Shown here piece after piece: positions 22,852 through 35,638 of a DNA stretch of 64,000 bases. A program made the position numbers and the translations under genes. The stretch is taken from NCBI GenBank assembly GCA_013265495.1, contig MU057640.1, positions 1,745,303 to 1,809,302 on the forward strand. The letters are read 5' to 3'. Under the pieces are notes generated by a model. That model was not told the DNA's origin. It did not search any database and was given only the letters and a program-made list of their open reading frames with translations. The first letter of the stretch is position 1. The number at the start of each line of letters is the position of its first letter. Source of the DNA: Vicugna vicugna (Eukaryota).

Positions 22852-24122
22852 ACCCAAACCCCTGTGTGGTCCAGCGAACTCTGGCTCTGCCAGTGAGTTT
22901 TCACTCTGTCCCCTTCTCCTGCCCCCCAGCCCTCCAAAGAAAGAAACTGCCCAGCAAAACGAGTTTCGTGGACAAAGAAAACCATTCTGCAATGGGGAAA
23001 GAGGAACGAATTAGAGAGATGAGAGAAGTGAGGGAGAATTGACTGAGGAAGTGTCAACACACTTCACAAAAGTCTGACGGAGTGAGGAGGAAGTAGAACA
23101 GGAGTGGAATTAGGAAGGTCTCAGGAGTTTTCCCAAGAGCTTTGAAGAGAGAGCACACAGGAACTGGGAACTACAGCCCTCTTTACTGGGTTAGGAAAAT
23201 GCAAGTAAAGATCATGAGTGATTTGGAATTACTCTGGTTGCCTGGCTGACTGTGACTCCACTCTGGAACTCAACCAAATGGTAGATTCAACACAGAGTAT
23301 TACAGAAAACTCCCTTGCTCCACCCCTTCCCCCTGGTGCTAACTTGCTAGTTAGTGGTGCTAGTCTTGGCAAATGGTTAACACCTGGTTTCAGAGTCTCA
23401 GGTAGGTGAATAGCTGCAAAATAGGTATTTGTACAAGAGGATCTCTGAGGGCCCTTCCAGCCCTGATAAGTGACGATTCTGTGATTCACGTCAAGCTCCT
23501 TTTGTACCCTTGGGTATCTGGGGTGTCGCTTTTTCATGTTCTGAAAGATGGGCTCAGAACACAAAGAAGTAATTTGGAAACCTACCACTCCTAGGGTCAA
23601 CTTAGCTTCAATTCCCTCTAATGCAAATGGCCTCACTATTGCCCAGCATGGGTGCTGATGTGAGGATTAAAGATAACATGTACAAGGTGTATGATACATA
23701 GGAGGCCCTCAAGGAATGTCCACTCTTCCGATAAAGGAACAGAAGACGAAATGTGATGATCTGTTATCAAAGGGAACACACAGTTGTCTTTTGGGTGGTG
23801 ACAACAACCACAAATTATCAAAAGCAAACATCTTGAAATTTTTAGTTTCAGGTCTCAGAAGTTTTTTGGGTTTTTTTTTTTTGGTTCCATGCTTTTCACA
23901 CTCAAGCTGACCGGCTAACCCTGCATCTGATAACTAACAGGTTTACAGAACAGCACACCTATTATTTGGAAAGGGGAATACTTGTTTGTCAAACCCCTTT
24001 CAAAACATCACGTAAGAATCTCCCTTTCTCTATGACCAGGGTCTTCTGTCAATGTCACACAAGATTCAGGCACTGTTTTTGTGTTTGCAAATTTGTGAAA
24101 CTCTTCATTTGGACCAAGATCC

Positions 24123-24320
24123 CCCAGCTGTCCCATATGGTGTCCACTCACAGCCACTGAAATTTAAATGAATTACAATTAAGTGAAATAAAAAACTCAG
24201 TTTCTCAGTCTCATTGGTCACATGTCAGGTGCATCATAGCTACCTGTGGCTAGTGGCTGTCACACGGAACAGAGCAGATCAGAGAACATTTCCATCATCA
24301 CAGTCCTACTGGAGAGCGTT
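24123..24320 (-). mobile_element. MER3 (hAT-Charlie MITE)
   Basis: gctgtcccatatggt...aaatttaaatgaattac...ctgtggctagtggct...agaacatttccatcatcacag...ctactggagagcg. Confidence 0.75.
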
Positions 24321-25179
24321 ATCTCAGACTGATTTACCTATCTTTTAATAAAATAAACCTTAAAAGAAAAAAGAACCCAGCTGACAGTTGAAGGAATAAA
24401 AGGGCTGTCTGCTGCTCTGGGGAGGACAACTGTCCTGGGAACGCGTTGCGGGGGCAGTCCGCTGACCAACAGGTGGAGAAGAGTGTGTGAAGCCCATCTC
24501 CCTGGGCTCACAAGGGCTCTGCTGGGAATGCCTTTCAGTCTACGTTACGTGCCAGCAGCTTCAGGACCGATAGCTTAACTAGTCACCATTTCCAACTGTA
24601 GACTCAAGGAGTGAGTGCTCAGGTCCAGCCTGCAGCTGGAAGTTGGGGAGTCTAGTTAAAAAAGAAGGCCCCCTCGGCACTTTCCTCAGAGCAGTTAAGG
24701 GCTGCTGGCTTTCCCAGCCACAGGTAAGTAGACAGGCATGTCCTCGCCACCTTTTCTGCCTGTCAAAATCTCCCCCACTCTCCTCCACTTTCTCAAATGC
24801 CATCATCTTCCAGGACCTCCCTGACTCCCCCTGGAGCCCCCCTGAGCACTTTCTTTGCAAATCTCCAAGAGTACCTATGTATTGTGCCTTGAACTCCAAG
24901 GTCCTCTGGGCCCCACTCTCCCCCACCCCCACTAGAGAGCAACCTTTTCTGAGTGCAAGGCCCTGAGCTTGTCCCCCAGCCCAGCCGGGGGTGCTGGGTC
25001 CTGACCTGGCTGACATTAATTAGCAGGATCATCGCAAACGCTGGAGGGTCCACCCTGAAGAGCCTGGTGGCGTGGCTCTGCCTTACCATTTGTCACAGGG
25101 AAACCCGCATGGTGGCTTCATGCAGCCCTCCGCCAGGGCCCCCGCCTCGGGAGCAGGTGCAGTGTCACTACAGGATCAG

Positions 25180-25270
25180 ACCCTGCCTCAGCCCCTTACT
25201 GGCTGCGTGACATCAGGAAGGTTATCTTACTTCTCTGGGCCTCAACTTCTCTACAAACTGAGGATACAAA
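25180..25270 (+). mobile_element. MIR fragment
   Basis: ccccttactggctgcgtgacatcaggaaggttatcttacttctctgggcctcaacttctctacaaactgaggata. Confidence 0.6.
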
Positions 25271-25272
25271 TA

Positions 25273-25680
25273 CAGATTTTCCTCTACTTGATAATAGGGT
25301 TACACCCGGTAAACCCACTGGAACTTGAAAATATCCAAAGTTGAACATGCATTTAATGCACCTAAGCTACCAAATGTCAGAGGTTAGCCTCACCTGCCTT
25401 AAACATACTCAGAACATATTAGCCTATCTTTGGGCAAGGGGGCATCCAATGTAAAGCCTATTTTGTGGTTAAGGGCTGAATAGCTCATGTAATTGATCGA
25501 CTACTGTACTGAAAGTGAAAAACAGTGGTTGCTTGGGTACAGGATGGGGGTGAGTGCAGGGTAGGCTGGAAGCTGCAGATGCTCTTGCCTCTGTCCAGCA
25601 CCACGAGGGAGGATCGCACCACCTGTCCCTAGCCCGGGAAAAGGTCAAACTTCAGTATTCAAAGTACAACTTCTGTACAC
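25273..25680 (+). mobile_element. MER82 (TcMar-Tigger) element
   Basis: ta|cagattttcctctacttgataatagggttacacccggtaaaccc...gcatttaatgcacctaagctacc...tactgtactgaaagtgaaaaacag. Confidence 0.8.
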
Positions 25681-28600
25681 AGGTACAGTCTGTTTTCTCA
25701 GTGCCTGCCATCAAATACCATCAAATAATCACTCTAAACCTTTATAATGAAAAACTGATTAGTTACACAGAGGAGAGGAACGCGGAGCCATCTCTGAAGT
25801 TGGGTGATCAAGGGAATGACAGTCCACAGGTTTCAGGACAGCTTCTTGGAGGAGGTGAAACTTGAGGATGTAGCAGGGTGGACAGAAGAGGGTTCCAGAT
25901 GGGGAGTTACTATGTCCCCAAATGCTTGTTCATTCCTAAATCCTGGAGTGGGACTGTGTGGGTGTCCCCTGCCAAGAAGGCCCTCTCGGGGCCCCAGTCC
26001 CGCCTGCACAGAGACCAGCTCTGAGAGGACGGGGGGCTGGCTGGGCATGTGAGGCTGCTGTTCTCAGCGATTAGGAAGGCGGCTCCCACTCTGACACCCG
26101 AGGAACCAATGACATCCCCTCCTCCATCCTAACCCACTCCTGGTCTGGCTTGGATTTCCTTCCAGTTTCCATCCCCAAGACACCTCTTCACTGTCCCAGC
26201 TGCATCCGAGAGGCAAGCTGATACAGGGCACTTGGAAGGAAGCAGATGGCACCTCGCAGAATGCGAGAATAGAGCTGCCTGGCTTTGTGGTCCCCACCCT
26301 TACAGATGCCAGCGGCTGGCCACAGCGGACTCTCCGCTGTCACTGTTCACACCCTGAGACCTGAGAATTCAGTCCCTGGAGGGATGCAAAGAGATGAAGG
26401 CTGGGGAACAGAGTGTGAGGCTGGGGTGGGAGGGATAGGGACCAACCACAGAAGCCCAAACTCCAAGGTGGAGAAGCCCACCCCAAGCACCCTGGGGAAC
26501 CAGTTATTTTGGTGGCAAGCTTCATTTCTGTGTCATTTGGAAAGGAAGAAGCAATTGCGCCTAAATTTGTGCCTGGCACACAGCAGGCTCTGGGCAAATG
26601 TTTGGCAAAGGAAAGCACTAATGGATGAAAGAACACAAGTCCTGCTCAGTGCTTCCTGGAGAAGGAGCAAGAACACGGGTGGTAAGGGGAAGGGTGGCTG
26701 GGTGTGTGCCCCAGCTGGAACCCTGTGCTATGTCTCCATGCAGATCTCAGGCTTGCAGGAGATTCTCCTTAGACTGCCCTGAGGGCGAGCAGAAAAGCAG
26801 CCCAGCTGAGGAGGCTCCATCTCCAAAGGGGAGGGAAGGAGATCTTGCCTCCATCCAGAGCCCTTCTATCTCCCGCATCTTCACCCCGGAAGCCCTCACC
26901 AACCCCGCGACCCTGCGGAGCCCAGATGCGTGCTGGCTGGGTTGGAGCCTCTAGCTCGGGAGGGAGATTTCCCGCTTGATCTGCAGATGCGCTACTCCTG
27001 TGCTGGTTAAAACTTCATGTGAAAAGCAGTCTGTCTCCCCAACGCCTGATGGGGAGTCCGTGGCTCCCTTTTGGCTGGGTTCTCCCCCGGGGTCTGAAGA
27101 GAAAGACAGTAGCACACCACGGAATGTTTGAGGAGTAGAGAAAGGCCAGAACTCCCCGTGGGACCACCAGCCTAACACCCGCCCACCCTCCTTGGGTTGG
27201 GTCTCAGCATTACTCACAGCAGCCAGCCCAGGGCTCTGGGCTCCAATTGTCTGCCTCCAGGCTCCCCACCGTGGGACCAAAACACCCGGCTGCTTTCTGG
27301 GCTGAGGGGCAGGGTGGTGGCTGGGGTGTCTGGGGAAAGCTGGTCTGAGTCTGAGGGCCTCTCAAAGGGCTGCAGGGCTCAGCCATCGCCCTTCTCCCAC
27401 TGAAAACATCAGAAGCCCAGGAAAACACCTGGGGCTGGAAGGGAGCTAATTAGTGGGGGAGGGCCGTGCCACAGCTGAAGGGTTGTCCGGGGAAGAGGGG
27501 CCCCCCTGAGCAGGGGCTTTGCTCAGGGAGGCTGCACCCAGAACAGAGACCCCCGCCCTACTGCTGGGCCTCCATTCACCCACTTCCTCCGGCTGGTTTG
27601 CTCTCATTTCTCGGGTCTCCTGTCTCCCTCCAGCATGGGCCTCAGCCTTCTGGCAACTTCAGACGTTAGCCCCACCTCCCACCCCAGCAGCCGGTTGCTG
27701 CCAGCGGCCCAGGTGGAAGAGGGAGGCCAGGTGGCGGGGGCGGTGCTGACCCACTCTCGCCCCGGGGGGCCCGGCAGAGACTCAGAACATCGTGCTCAGC
27801 AGGCGTGTGCACCTGGGTCTAGTTGGGGATGCGCGCGAGGGAGGCTGGAAAAATTCCCATCTGAGTGTGCTGCTCACAGCGCACTGCCTGGGCCTGGGAG
27901 CACCTGTGCAGGGGCACAGAGACTTCCCTTCATAAAAGAACAATAGGAGGTGGTAATAACAGTAACCTCATGTGAGCGCAGTGCTTCACAGTTTTCAAGG
28001 AGCAGGAATAGTGGGGGTACAGTCTCTCTTCTCCCACAACCCCGCTGGACACGTGCTTAGCTCACGATGAATAATTAGGAAGGGGAGGCGGACATGCTTT
28101 CTAATGGGATGAGCACAGCATTAGGAGTAAGTAGCATGTGACTTTGGGCAAATTACTGAGTCTCTTCACGCTGCAGTGTCTTCCTCCGTAAGATAGGGAT
28201 GGAGCGTCCGCTACCTGACCACGCCTGGCTCCCAGAGCTCGGCTGCAAGTGCTGTTCACCAGTAGAAAGACCTGGGGCTCCTGGGGGAAGTGGCTGATTC
28301 TAGGACCACAGCGGGAACTTCCCAAGACACGCCCAGAGCACCTTGTGGTGCCAGAAAATAAGGACGCACTGAAAAAACAAAATAAAACAAAAAATCACCC
28401 AACTCACGGTGATGGGCGTGGAGGTGGGGTCTGTCAAAGGGACAGAGCAGGGGACTGAAAGAACTCGCAATGACCGAAGTTGGGACAATTTGAGCAATGA
28501 AATAACGTAGTGTTAGATTATAACCCAAAGTACAAAATAAACAAACAAGAGTCCATATTGATGTAAAGAAATATTTAGAAACATAAATAAATGGATGAGA

Positions 28601-28900
28601 AGAGACAAATCTTTCACGCAGAAAAATTCTAAATAATTTACATAGGTGTGCTGCCCTCAGGGAGGTGTGGGCTGTGCGTAGTGACTTCCTTCCAAAGAGG
28701 CCAGTGTGGAAAGGGGAGAAAAGAGTAAGTTTACAGCAGAGAAGCCAACAAAGCCTGCCTCAAGCCAGGTGACCAAGATTAACATCATCAGTGACACGTC
28801 AGCTTAACGAGATGTGCCTGTGATGTGATGGGAGGAAAATGGCACGTTGTCTCTGGGGTCTTCTTCCCCAAAACACATTAAGATTGCTCTATTCTGGGGT

Positions 28901-29005
28901 GGGGTGGGTATAGCTCAGCGGTAGAGCCTGTGCTGAGCCTGCGCAAGGTCCTGGGTTTAACCCCTGCACCTCCGCTAAAAAAAACAAAAAACAAAAAACA
29001 AAAAA
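28901..29005 (+). mobile_element. Camelid tRNA-Ala-derived SINE, short form
   Basis: ggggtgggtatagctcagcggtagagcctgtgctgagcctgcgcaaggtcctgggtttaacccctgcacctcc followed by an A/C-rich tail. Confidence 0.85.
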
Positions 29006-29203
29006 CTGATCTAATCACAAGAAAAACATCAGTTAAATTGCAATTGAGGGCTATTCTACAAAATATCTACTCTTCAAAATTTCAAGGTCATCAAAAACAA
29101 GTCTGAGAAACTCGCAGCCAAGAGGCAGCTAAATGTAATGTGACATTACCCTAGCTGGGATGCTCCAACCAGAAAAGGACCTTATGTAAAAACCGAGAAG
29201 AGC

Positions 29204-29331
29204 AGGGAGGGTACAGCTCAAGTGGTAGAGCCCATGCTTAGCATGCACGAGGTCCTGGGTTCAATCCTCAGTACCTCCTCCAAATATAAATAAATAAACC
29301 TAATTACCTCCCCCTCATCAAATAAACAAAC
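29204..29331 (+). mobile_element. Camelid tRNA-Ala-derived SINE (Vic-1-like), long-tail form
   Basis: gggagggtacagctcaagtggtagag...gggttcaatcctcagtacctcc...taaacctaattacctcccc. Imperfect TSD aaaaaccgagaaga / aaaaacccaagaaga. Confidence 0.85.
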
Positions 29332-31149
29332 AAAAACCCAAGAAGATCTGAGTAAAGTACCAACTTTAGCTAATCATAACGCATCAATATTGAATCATTA
29401 GTCATGACAAACATACCATGCTAATGTAAAATGTTATGATGGGGAAACCGTTTTCTGTAAATCTCAAACTGTTCTAAAACTAAAAAATGCAGTTAAAAGC
29501 TATTGTCTACCTCATAGGGTCAGAGGGTTGTGAGGATTATGATGAAGCGTGGAAAGTGCCCAGCACAGTGCCTGGGAGATGGTAAGTGCCCATCAGATGG
29601 CAACTCAGGTACCAGAGAGGACAGAAACCGGAGGAAGAAACACACTGGAGAGGACTGAACACAAGGCTTGTGACTCTGCGCCCAGCTCTGGCCTCAGCAC
29701 CTCATCAGCAACTCCAGGGAGCTGCAGGCCTCCTGGAAAGGGCTGTCACACCTAATCTCAGCACACAGGGCTGCCTAATTTGCATCGCTGTAAAAACCTA
29801 TAGCTTAATGGTTGGGTGAGGGTAGCAGTGCCTGCAGATGCACTGATCAGAGCCAGGAGCAGCATATCAGGGCTTGCTGATGTGAACATACCCAATCAGA
29901 GCCAAGATGTGAACATGGACACCCCCAGGGAGAGGAGATTTCTGCGCCGGGTGATACTGGCTCTCTCTGCAATGTGGAGATGGAGAGTGGCCAGAGGCTC
30001 TGAATCTTGGGCTCTGATTGATCCCTTGGACCAGCCCACACGGAGATCTTTCTGCCACTCACCATCCACGGCCAGCCACCTGCCACAGAGACCATCTATA
30101 CCTACTGGGTGACACAGGGCAGTCTAGGGCTAAAACCTCTGCAACTCTGACTTGGTCCTCACCCAAAGGTGCTACCTAGACACACACCAGACGATCTGTG
30201 AAGATTCCAGGGGGGTGTTGAGTGGCATTGGAGAAATCCAAGGACAAAGAGGAATAAACCCAGAGGCAAGAAATCCAATCCTCAGTGTGGTATTTTGCAT
30301 CCTTGGGGCTGCAAGTGATGGAAACCCAATTCATCTAGGTTACAGGCCTGAGGGAAGGAGGTGACGTTTATTAGCGGGACAAAGAGATTAGCTCACACAA
30401 TCAGGCTTGAGAGGCAGGATTAGGGCTGCTCCACAGATCACCCTTTGGAACTCGGGTTCCGGGTCTGAGAGGAGACACTTTCTATGGGTTTTTTGGGTCT
30501 GCCGCCTGCCACGTGGTTGCCAGTAAGTCCTCTCAGGTCTGCTTCGTCTAGGCACAGACAGCTCCCCGGCCCCTCATCACCCCACGTCACCAGCAGCGAG
30601 GACACCACTCACTTCCCTCCTCCAGCCAAGCTTCAGTTAAACAAAATCGCATGGAAACACTGATTAGCCCACCTGCACTGCTGGGCTCACCTCTAGGCTG
30701 GTCAGACACTGGGGAGGCAGGAGGCAGTGGCACCGAAGGTGTTTGCTCCCACTCGGACCACGAGTTGGAATCACGGCAGTTGAGAGACAGAAACCACTGC
30801 TGTTCTTTGGACAGAGAGAAATTTCTAGAAAGAGTTTCTAAATACGTGTAAAAAATAAATACATGTAAAGTTGTTAATTGAGGAAATGGAAAGGTAAAAA
30901 GGGAATTTAAATGAAGGACAGCGTTAGCAAACAGCTGCTAACCCCAGGGCTGGGGAACAAAGGGAAAATGTTGAAATTATTTAAACTTAGAAATTGGAAG
31001 GAGGACCCCTGGGGGCTGGGAACCAGGCTTCTGAGGATGGGGCACCAGCTGGTTGGCATCTCTGAGGGGGATGCAATAAAGCTGGTTCAACTAGGGTTGG
31101 AAAAATTGCTCACTGGATTCAGCTGCTGCCAGAGGAATGCGTTGCTGCT

Positions 31150-31550
31150 GGTGGATAAACAAAATGTGGTCTATCCAGACAATGGAGTCGTGCTATTGGA
31201 CAGTGAAAAAGAACCAAGTACTGATGCCGGCTGATGCTCAGAACATGCCAAAAATATTACGCTACGTGAAAGAAGCCAGACACAAGAGGACACAGATCGT
31301 GCGCTTCTATTTTTATGAATGTCCAGAAAAGACAAATCCACAGAGACAGAAAGGAGGCTGGTGCTTGCCTCGGGTGGGGAGTGACTGCTCACAGACTCGG
31401 GCTTAATTCTGGGCTGATGGAAATATTATAAGAGAAGATTGTGGTGTGGTTGCACAACTGTCAATAATACTAGCAATTACTGAATGGCACGCTTTAAGCA
31501 GGTGAATTTTATGGCATGTAAATTATACCTGTATCAAGCTTTTTGAAAAC
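31150..31550 (+). mobile_element. L1MB-type 3' end
   Basis: gtggataaacaaaatgtggtctatcca...gtgaaagaagccagacacaag...ggtgaattttatggcatgtaaattatacct. Confidence 0.8.
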
Positions 31551-31574
31551 ATGCAAGGATGATACCAGTCTGGC

Positions 31575-31676
31575 CAACACTATAGTAGTAATCATTTTCC
31601 AATATATGAGTCTATTAAATCAACATCTTAGACTTACTCAATGTTATATATCAATTATACCTCAATAAAGCTGGTG
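31575..31676 (+). mobile_element. L1MA9-like 3' terminus
   Basis: gtaatcattttccaatatatg...aatgttatatatcaattatacctcaataaagctgg. Confidence 0.7.
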
Positions 31677-32286
31677 GGGAAAGCAAGCAGACAGAAAGCC
31701 ATAGGCAGATTTTCACCCTTTACTCTCCCCCTGCCTCTCAGCATCCCTCTAATGTGTCCTCTCTGCGTAGCCGAGCGGGGAAGGTGTGGAGTCCCAGAGC
31801 ATCATCCAGAAGAGTGAGTTTGAAGCAGAGACAGTTACTTACTAAGCATCGCAGGGAGGTGAGGGCTCCCCACAGGAAGGTTTCTGGTTTCTGAAAAAGG
31901 ACTGACGGAGATGCCTGGCAATCAGAACAAAAAACACTCACAGCAGCAGGCAGGGCTGGAAGGCTGGGGAAATAGGACAGGAGCTCAGTCAGAAACACCG
32001 GAAACAGGAAAACTGCAGAAGAACAGAGAGTCGGGTGACAGTGGGACTCACAGACACGGCAGGAGCTCCTTCCATTCCCCAGGCCAGAGTCAGGGATTGG
32101 GGGCTGAGGGAGCATTTCTAGCTCTGATGATAAAGAGCACCTTGTTCTAGAAGGCACCACGACCTGTTGTGCCAGAAGCACTCCAGCCCCACCGCGGTGG
32201 GTGGGGTTTTGTCAGGGCCACTGGGTCTGAAATACCCCCAGGAAAGGGCTCACTGCTCCTTCCTCTTCCCAGATGCAAATACACTC

Positions 32287-33200
32287 CTCCAAAGAAGACA
32301 ACCAGATGGCCAACAGGCACAAGAAGAGATGCTCAGCATCACTAATTATTAGAAAAAAGCATATCAAAACTACAATGAGGTGTCATCTCACACTAGTCAG
32401 AACAGCCATCATTAAAAAGTCTACAAATAACAAGTGCTGGAGAGGGTGTGGAGTAAAGGGAACCCTCCCATACTGTTGGTGGGAACGTAAATTGGTGTGG
32501 TCATTATGGAGAACAGTATGGATTCCTTAAAAGGCTAAGTATAGAGTTACCGTATAAATCCAGCAATCCCACTCCTGGGCATATATCTGGAGAAAACTCT
32601 AACTTGAAAAGATACTTACACCCCAGTGTTCATAGCAGCACTATTTACAATAGCCAAGATGTGGAAACAACCAAATGTCTATCAACAGATGACTGGATAA
32701 AGAAGATGTGGTATATATATACAATGAAATACTATTCAGCCATAAAGAAAGAATGAAATAATACTATTTGCAGCAACATGGATGGACCTGGAGATTATCA
32801 TACTAAGCGAAGTAAGTCAGACAAAGACAAATATCATATGATATCACTTACATGTGGAATCTAAAATAATAATACAAATGAACTTATTTAAAAACCAAAA
32901 GTAGACTCACAGACGTGGAAAACAAACTATGGTTACCAAAGGGGAAAGGGGTTGGGAGGAGGGATAAATTAGGAGTTTGGGATTAACAGATACACACTAC
33001 TATCTATAAAATAGGTAACTAACAAGGACGTACTGTGTAGCACAGGGAACTATATCCAATACCTTCTAATAACCTATAATGGAAAAGAATCTAAAAAATA
33101 AACATATATATATGTGTATAACTGAATCACTTTGCTGTACAGCTGAAACTAACACAACACTGAAAATCAGCTATACGTCAATAAAGATAAATTTTTAAAA
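32287..33200 (+). mobile_element. 5'-truncated cetartiodactyl/camelid L1 with perfect 14-bp TSD
   Basis: ORF2 C-terminal remnant [16 protein letters not shown]...[17 protein letters not shown] plus full 3' UTR. TSD atgcaaatacactc at 32273-32286 and 33201-33214. Confidence 0.92.
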
Positions 33201-33439
33201 ATGCAAATACACTCAAATGGCAGCTCATTTGTTTTCATGATACCACATATGTATCAGGTGCTTATTGTATGCCAAGCACTTCCAAATCATTTTAGAAGTC
33301 TAAAGTCCAAGCATGTCTAAGTCCTTCCTTCCCCTGACAGGAGAAACCCTCAGTTGCTGAGCTCTATGAGGGGGATCTGGGTAAGGACAGTGCCTGAACT
33401 CAAAATGCTCTGGACGCTTTGGGAAGGGGACTAGAGGGA

Positions 33440-33660
33440 CAGGAAGTAGATCCCTGGTGCCAGGGGCTGGGGGTGGGAATGGGGAGTGACCGTCAGTGGG
33501 CACCAGGTTCCTCTTTGGGGTTGTGGGCACGTTCTGAAATCAACCTGTGAGAGGCAGCACAACTCTGTAACCACACTGACAGTCATTGAACTGTGCACTG
33601 GGAACAGGTGAATTTTATGGTATGCAAATCATACCTCAGTAAAGTAGTTTAAAAAATGAA
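33440..33660 (+). mobile_element. L1MB/ME 3' end fragment
   Basis: gaagtagatccctggtgccaggggctgggggtgggaatggggagtgac...gtgaattttatggtatgcaaatcatacctcagtaaag. Confidence 0.7.
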
Positions 33661-34266
33661 AGTGTCACAAAAGAGAGTTTTCATGGACACTTGAGCAGAT
33701 AAGGACAGGACATCCACCAGCAGGCACGGTGTCTGCTGCTTGGAGGTGTGTGAGCTCTGTCTTCAGAGGGCGGGGTGGGGCTCATGGAACCCGGACCCTC
33801 ATCAGTTTATTAAAGTCCTGTCGCTCAGTCTCTCTGCTTCTCTGGGTGGCTGGGAGGGCCCCCCAGGCTCAGGGTCAGCCCTAGGTGGGCCCTGGCATTC
33901 AGCTCTGTCCTCAGTTTTCTTCTTCTGTGCGTCCTGAGCCTGAGATTTAGGAGTGGGATGAGGGACCGTGGCTGCGGGTTCCTACCCAGTTTTCATCTCA
34001 GTTCTGCAAAGAAGTTATTGGGTTACAGCTCAGCTATTAATAAGGTGGGCTATTGATCCCTATTTTGTCACTGTGTGTAAAAACTAAGACAGCATTTGAG
34101 TACTTCCCGTCTCCCTCCAGAAAACAGTCAAAATACCATCCAAGCCCTAGAGATGTGGCCTTAGAGCATCCCCACTGAATTGTCAGGCTCTTCTGTGGCA
34201 GGCAGCCCCTGGGCCTGCCCCAGTGGGGCCCATCGCTTACTGACGAGCCTGGGGCCTAACTCGAGC

Positions 34267-34390
34267 CTTACGCAAAGTTATATATCAATTACATCTCAAT
34301 AAAGCTGGTGGGGGGGGAGCAAGTAGACAGAAAGCCATAGTCAGGTTTCCACCTTTTACTCTCCCCCTGCCTCTCAGCATCCCTCTAATG
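34267..34390 (+). repeat. Second copy of a local ~120-bp duplication (first copy 31633-31754)
   Basis: By-eye alignment about 90% identical, covering the L1 tail and ~75 bp of adjacent non-L1 sequence. Confidence 0.9.
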
Positions 34391-35602
34391 AGTTCACACA
34401 TGACTCAGGGATCTCCCTAAATGCAGGTTCTGATTCAGGATGTCCGGATGCCCTAGATTCTGCACCTCTCATCAGCTCCGGGGGACGCCCATGCTCTGGT
34501 CCTGGGCTCACACACTGGGTAGCTTGCACCCAGAGCTTCTCTGCCGGAGCTGCAAAGCCTCTGCTGCTTCTCCTGGAGAACCCAGCTCCAAGGGAAGGGG
34601 TAGCAGGCCCTTCTGAGCAGAAGCTCATGGAGCCACTGGGCTCTCCGGGAGGGACTCTTGCCTCTGCATCGGGTCCAGGCTCCATGTCCTGCACTGGCTT
34701 CAGGCTGGGATGACGGCGAAGGCAGCAGCTGCCTCATCTGACCCACTCCCCCAGCAGAGAAAGTGAGGAGCTGCTGATTAAGCAGGAAGGGACCTGCTCC
34801 AGCTGAGATCAGTCGTGCACCATGGACACTGCTTAGTGCTGGGAGAGGACAGGCACCATGTGCCCCCTGCTCAGCACATTTGAGGCCCGACTCCTGCAGG
34901 TGATGGATGGGCCCTGGAGCATTGTCAACAACAAACAAGAGAGAATTTGCTGCCAAAGGGAAGAACACCCTGAACTCATCACGCAGCTCTTCTCTGAATC
35001 AGGGAGCATCTCCTGAGCATCACTGGGTACAAAGCACTGCCGATGAGCATAGCGATGATTAAGGCCTGGTCCCTATTTCTGGGAGCTCAGGACCCTGGGG
35101 CAGCACGAAGTGTGAATGACCTGTGATACAGTGCAGGCTGGGAAGGAGGCCCCAATACAAAGAAAACTGTGTGGGGAAAGGGAGACACGCTGCGAGTAGG
35201 GGAAGAACTCCGTGCAGGACGCAGCATCAGAACCGAGTCTCCAACGCTGGTGTGGGTTCCGGGTGGTGGAGAGAAGCTGGGAAGAGGAGGGGCAGTCCAG
35301 GTAGGAAGGGCCTGTGGATGGGGAAGGAAGAGCACGTCTGCGGAATGCATCTGATGCATCTGCTGAGGCACGGAGGTGTGTGGTTAATTGTGTCCGTTAA
35401 GCATTTACTATGCACTGGACACTTTGTAGATGCCGTAGGGGCTACAGGGAGTGACAAAAAAAGTCTTAAAATGAGAGCATTTAGTGCATTCTAACTACAC
35501 ACCAACAGAAACGGCCATGAGGAATATCCAGAGCCGTGTAGGGGTTCAGAAAGGGACACAGTCTTCTGTGCCCTGTGCTTGGGCAACTTTGGGAAACTGG
35601 AG

Positions 35603-35638
35603 GGCAGACTGGCAGGCAGACTGGCAGGCAGACTGGCA
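35603..35638. repeat. 12-bp tandem repeat (ggcagactggca) x3
   Basis: Three perfect copies read directly. Confidence 0.95.

Larger units (their letters stand above)
28262..29498 (+). mobile_element. L1MC-type 3' region carrying two SINE insertions, lying between two MIR halves (~28110-28215 and ~29500-29605)
   Basis: tggctgattctagg...gcaccttgtggtgccagaaaataagg...aattgagggctattctacaaaata...ttttctgtaaatctcaaactgttctaaaa. Confidence 0.75.

Noticed and set aside
29204..29280. Apparent tRNA-Ala(AGC) gene (also 8201 and 28901)
   Set aside because: Followed by SINE tails and flanked by TSDs, with imperfect stems; these are SINE heads, not tRNA genes.
30850..31140. Possible ancient LTR-like segment
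   Set aside because: Looks repeat-derived, but I could not assign a family with any confidence by eye.
35603..35638. CRISPR-like or iteron-like repeat
   Set aside because: Three contiguous 12-mers with no spacers in mammalian DNA; a simple minisatellite.
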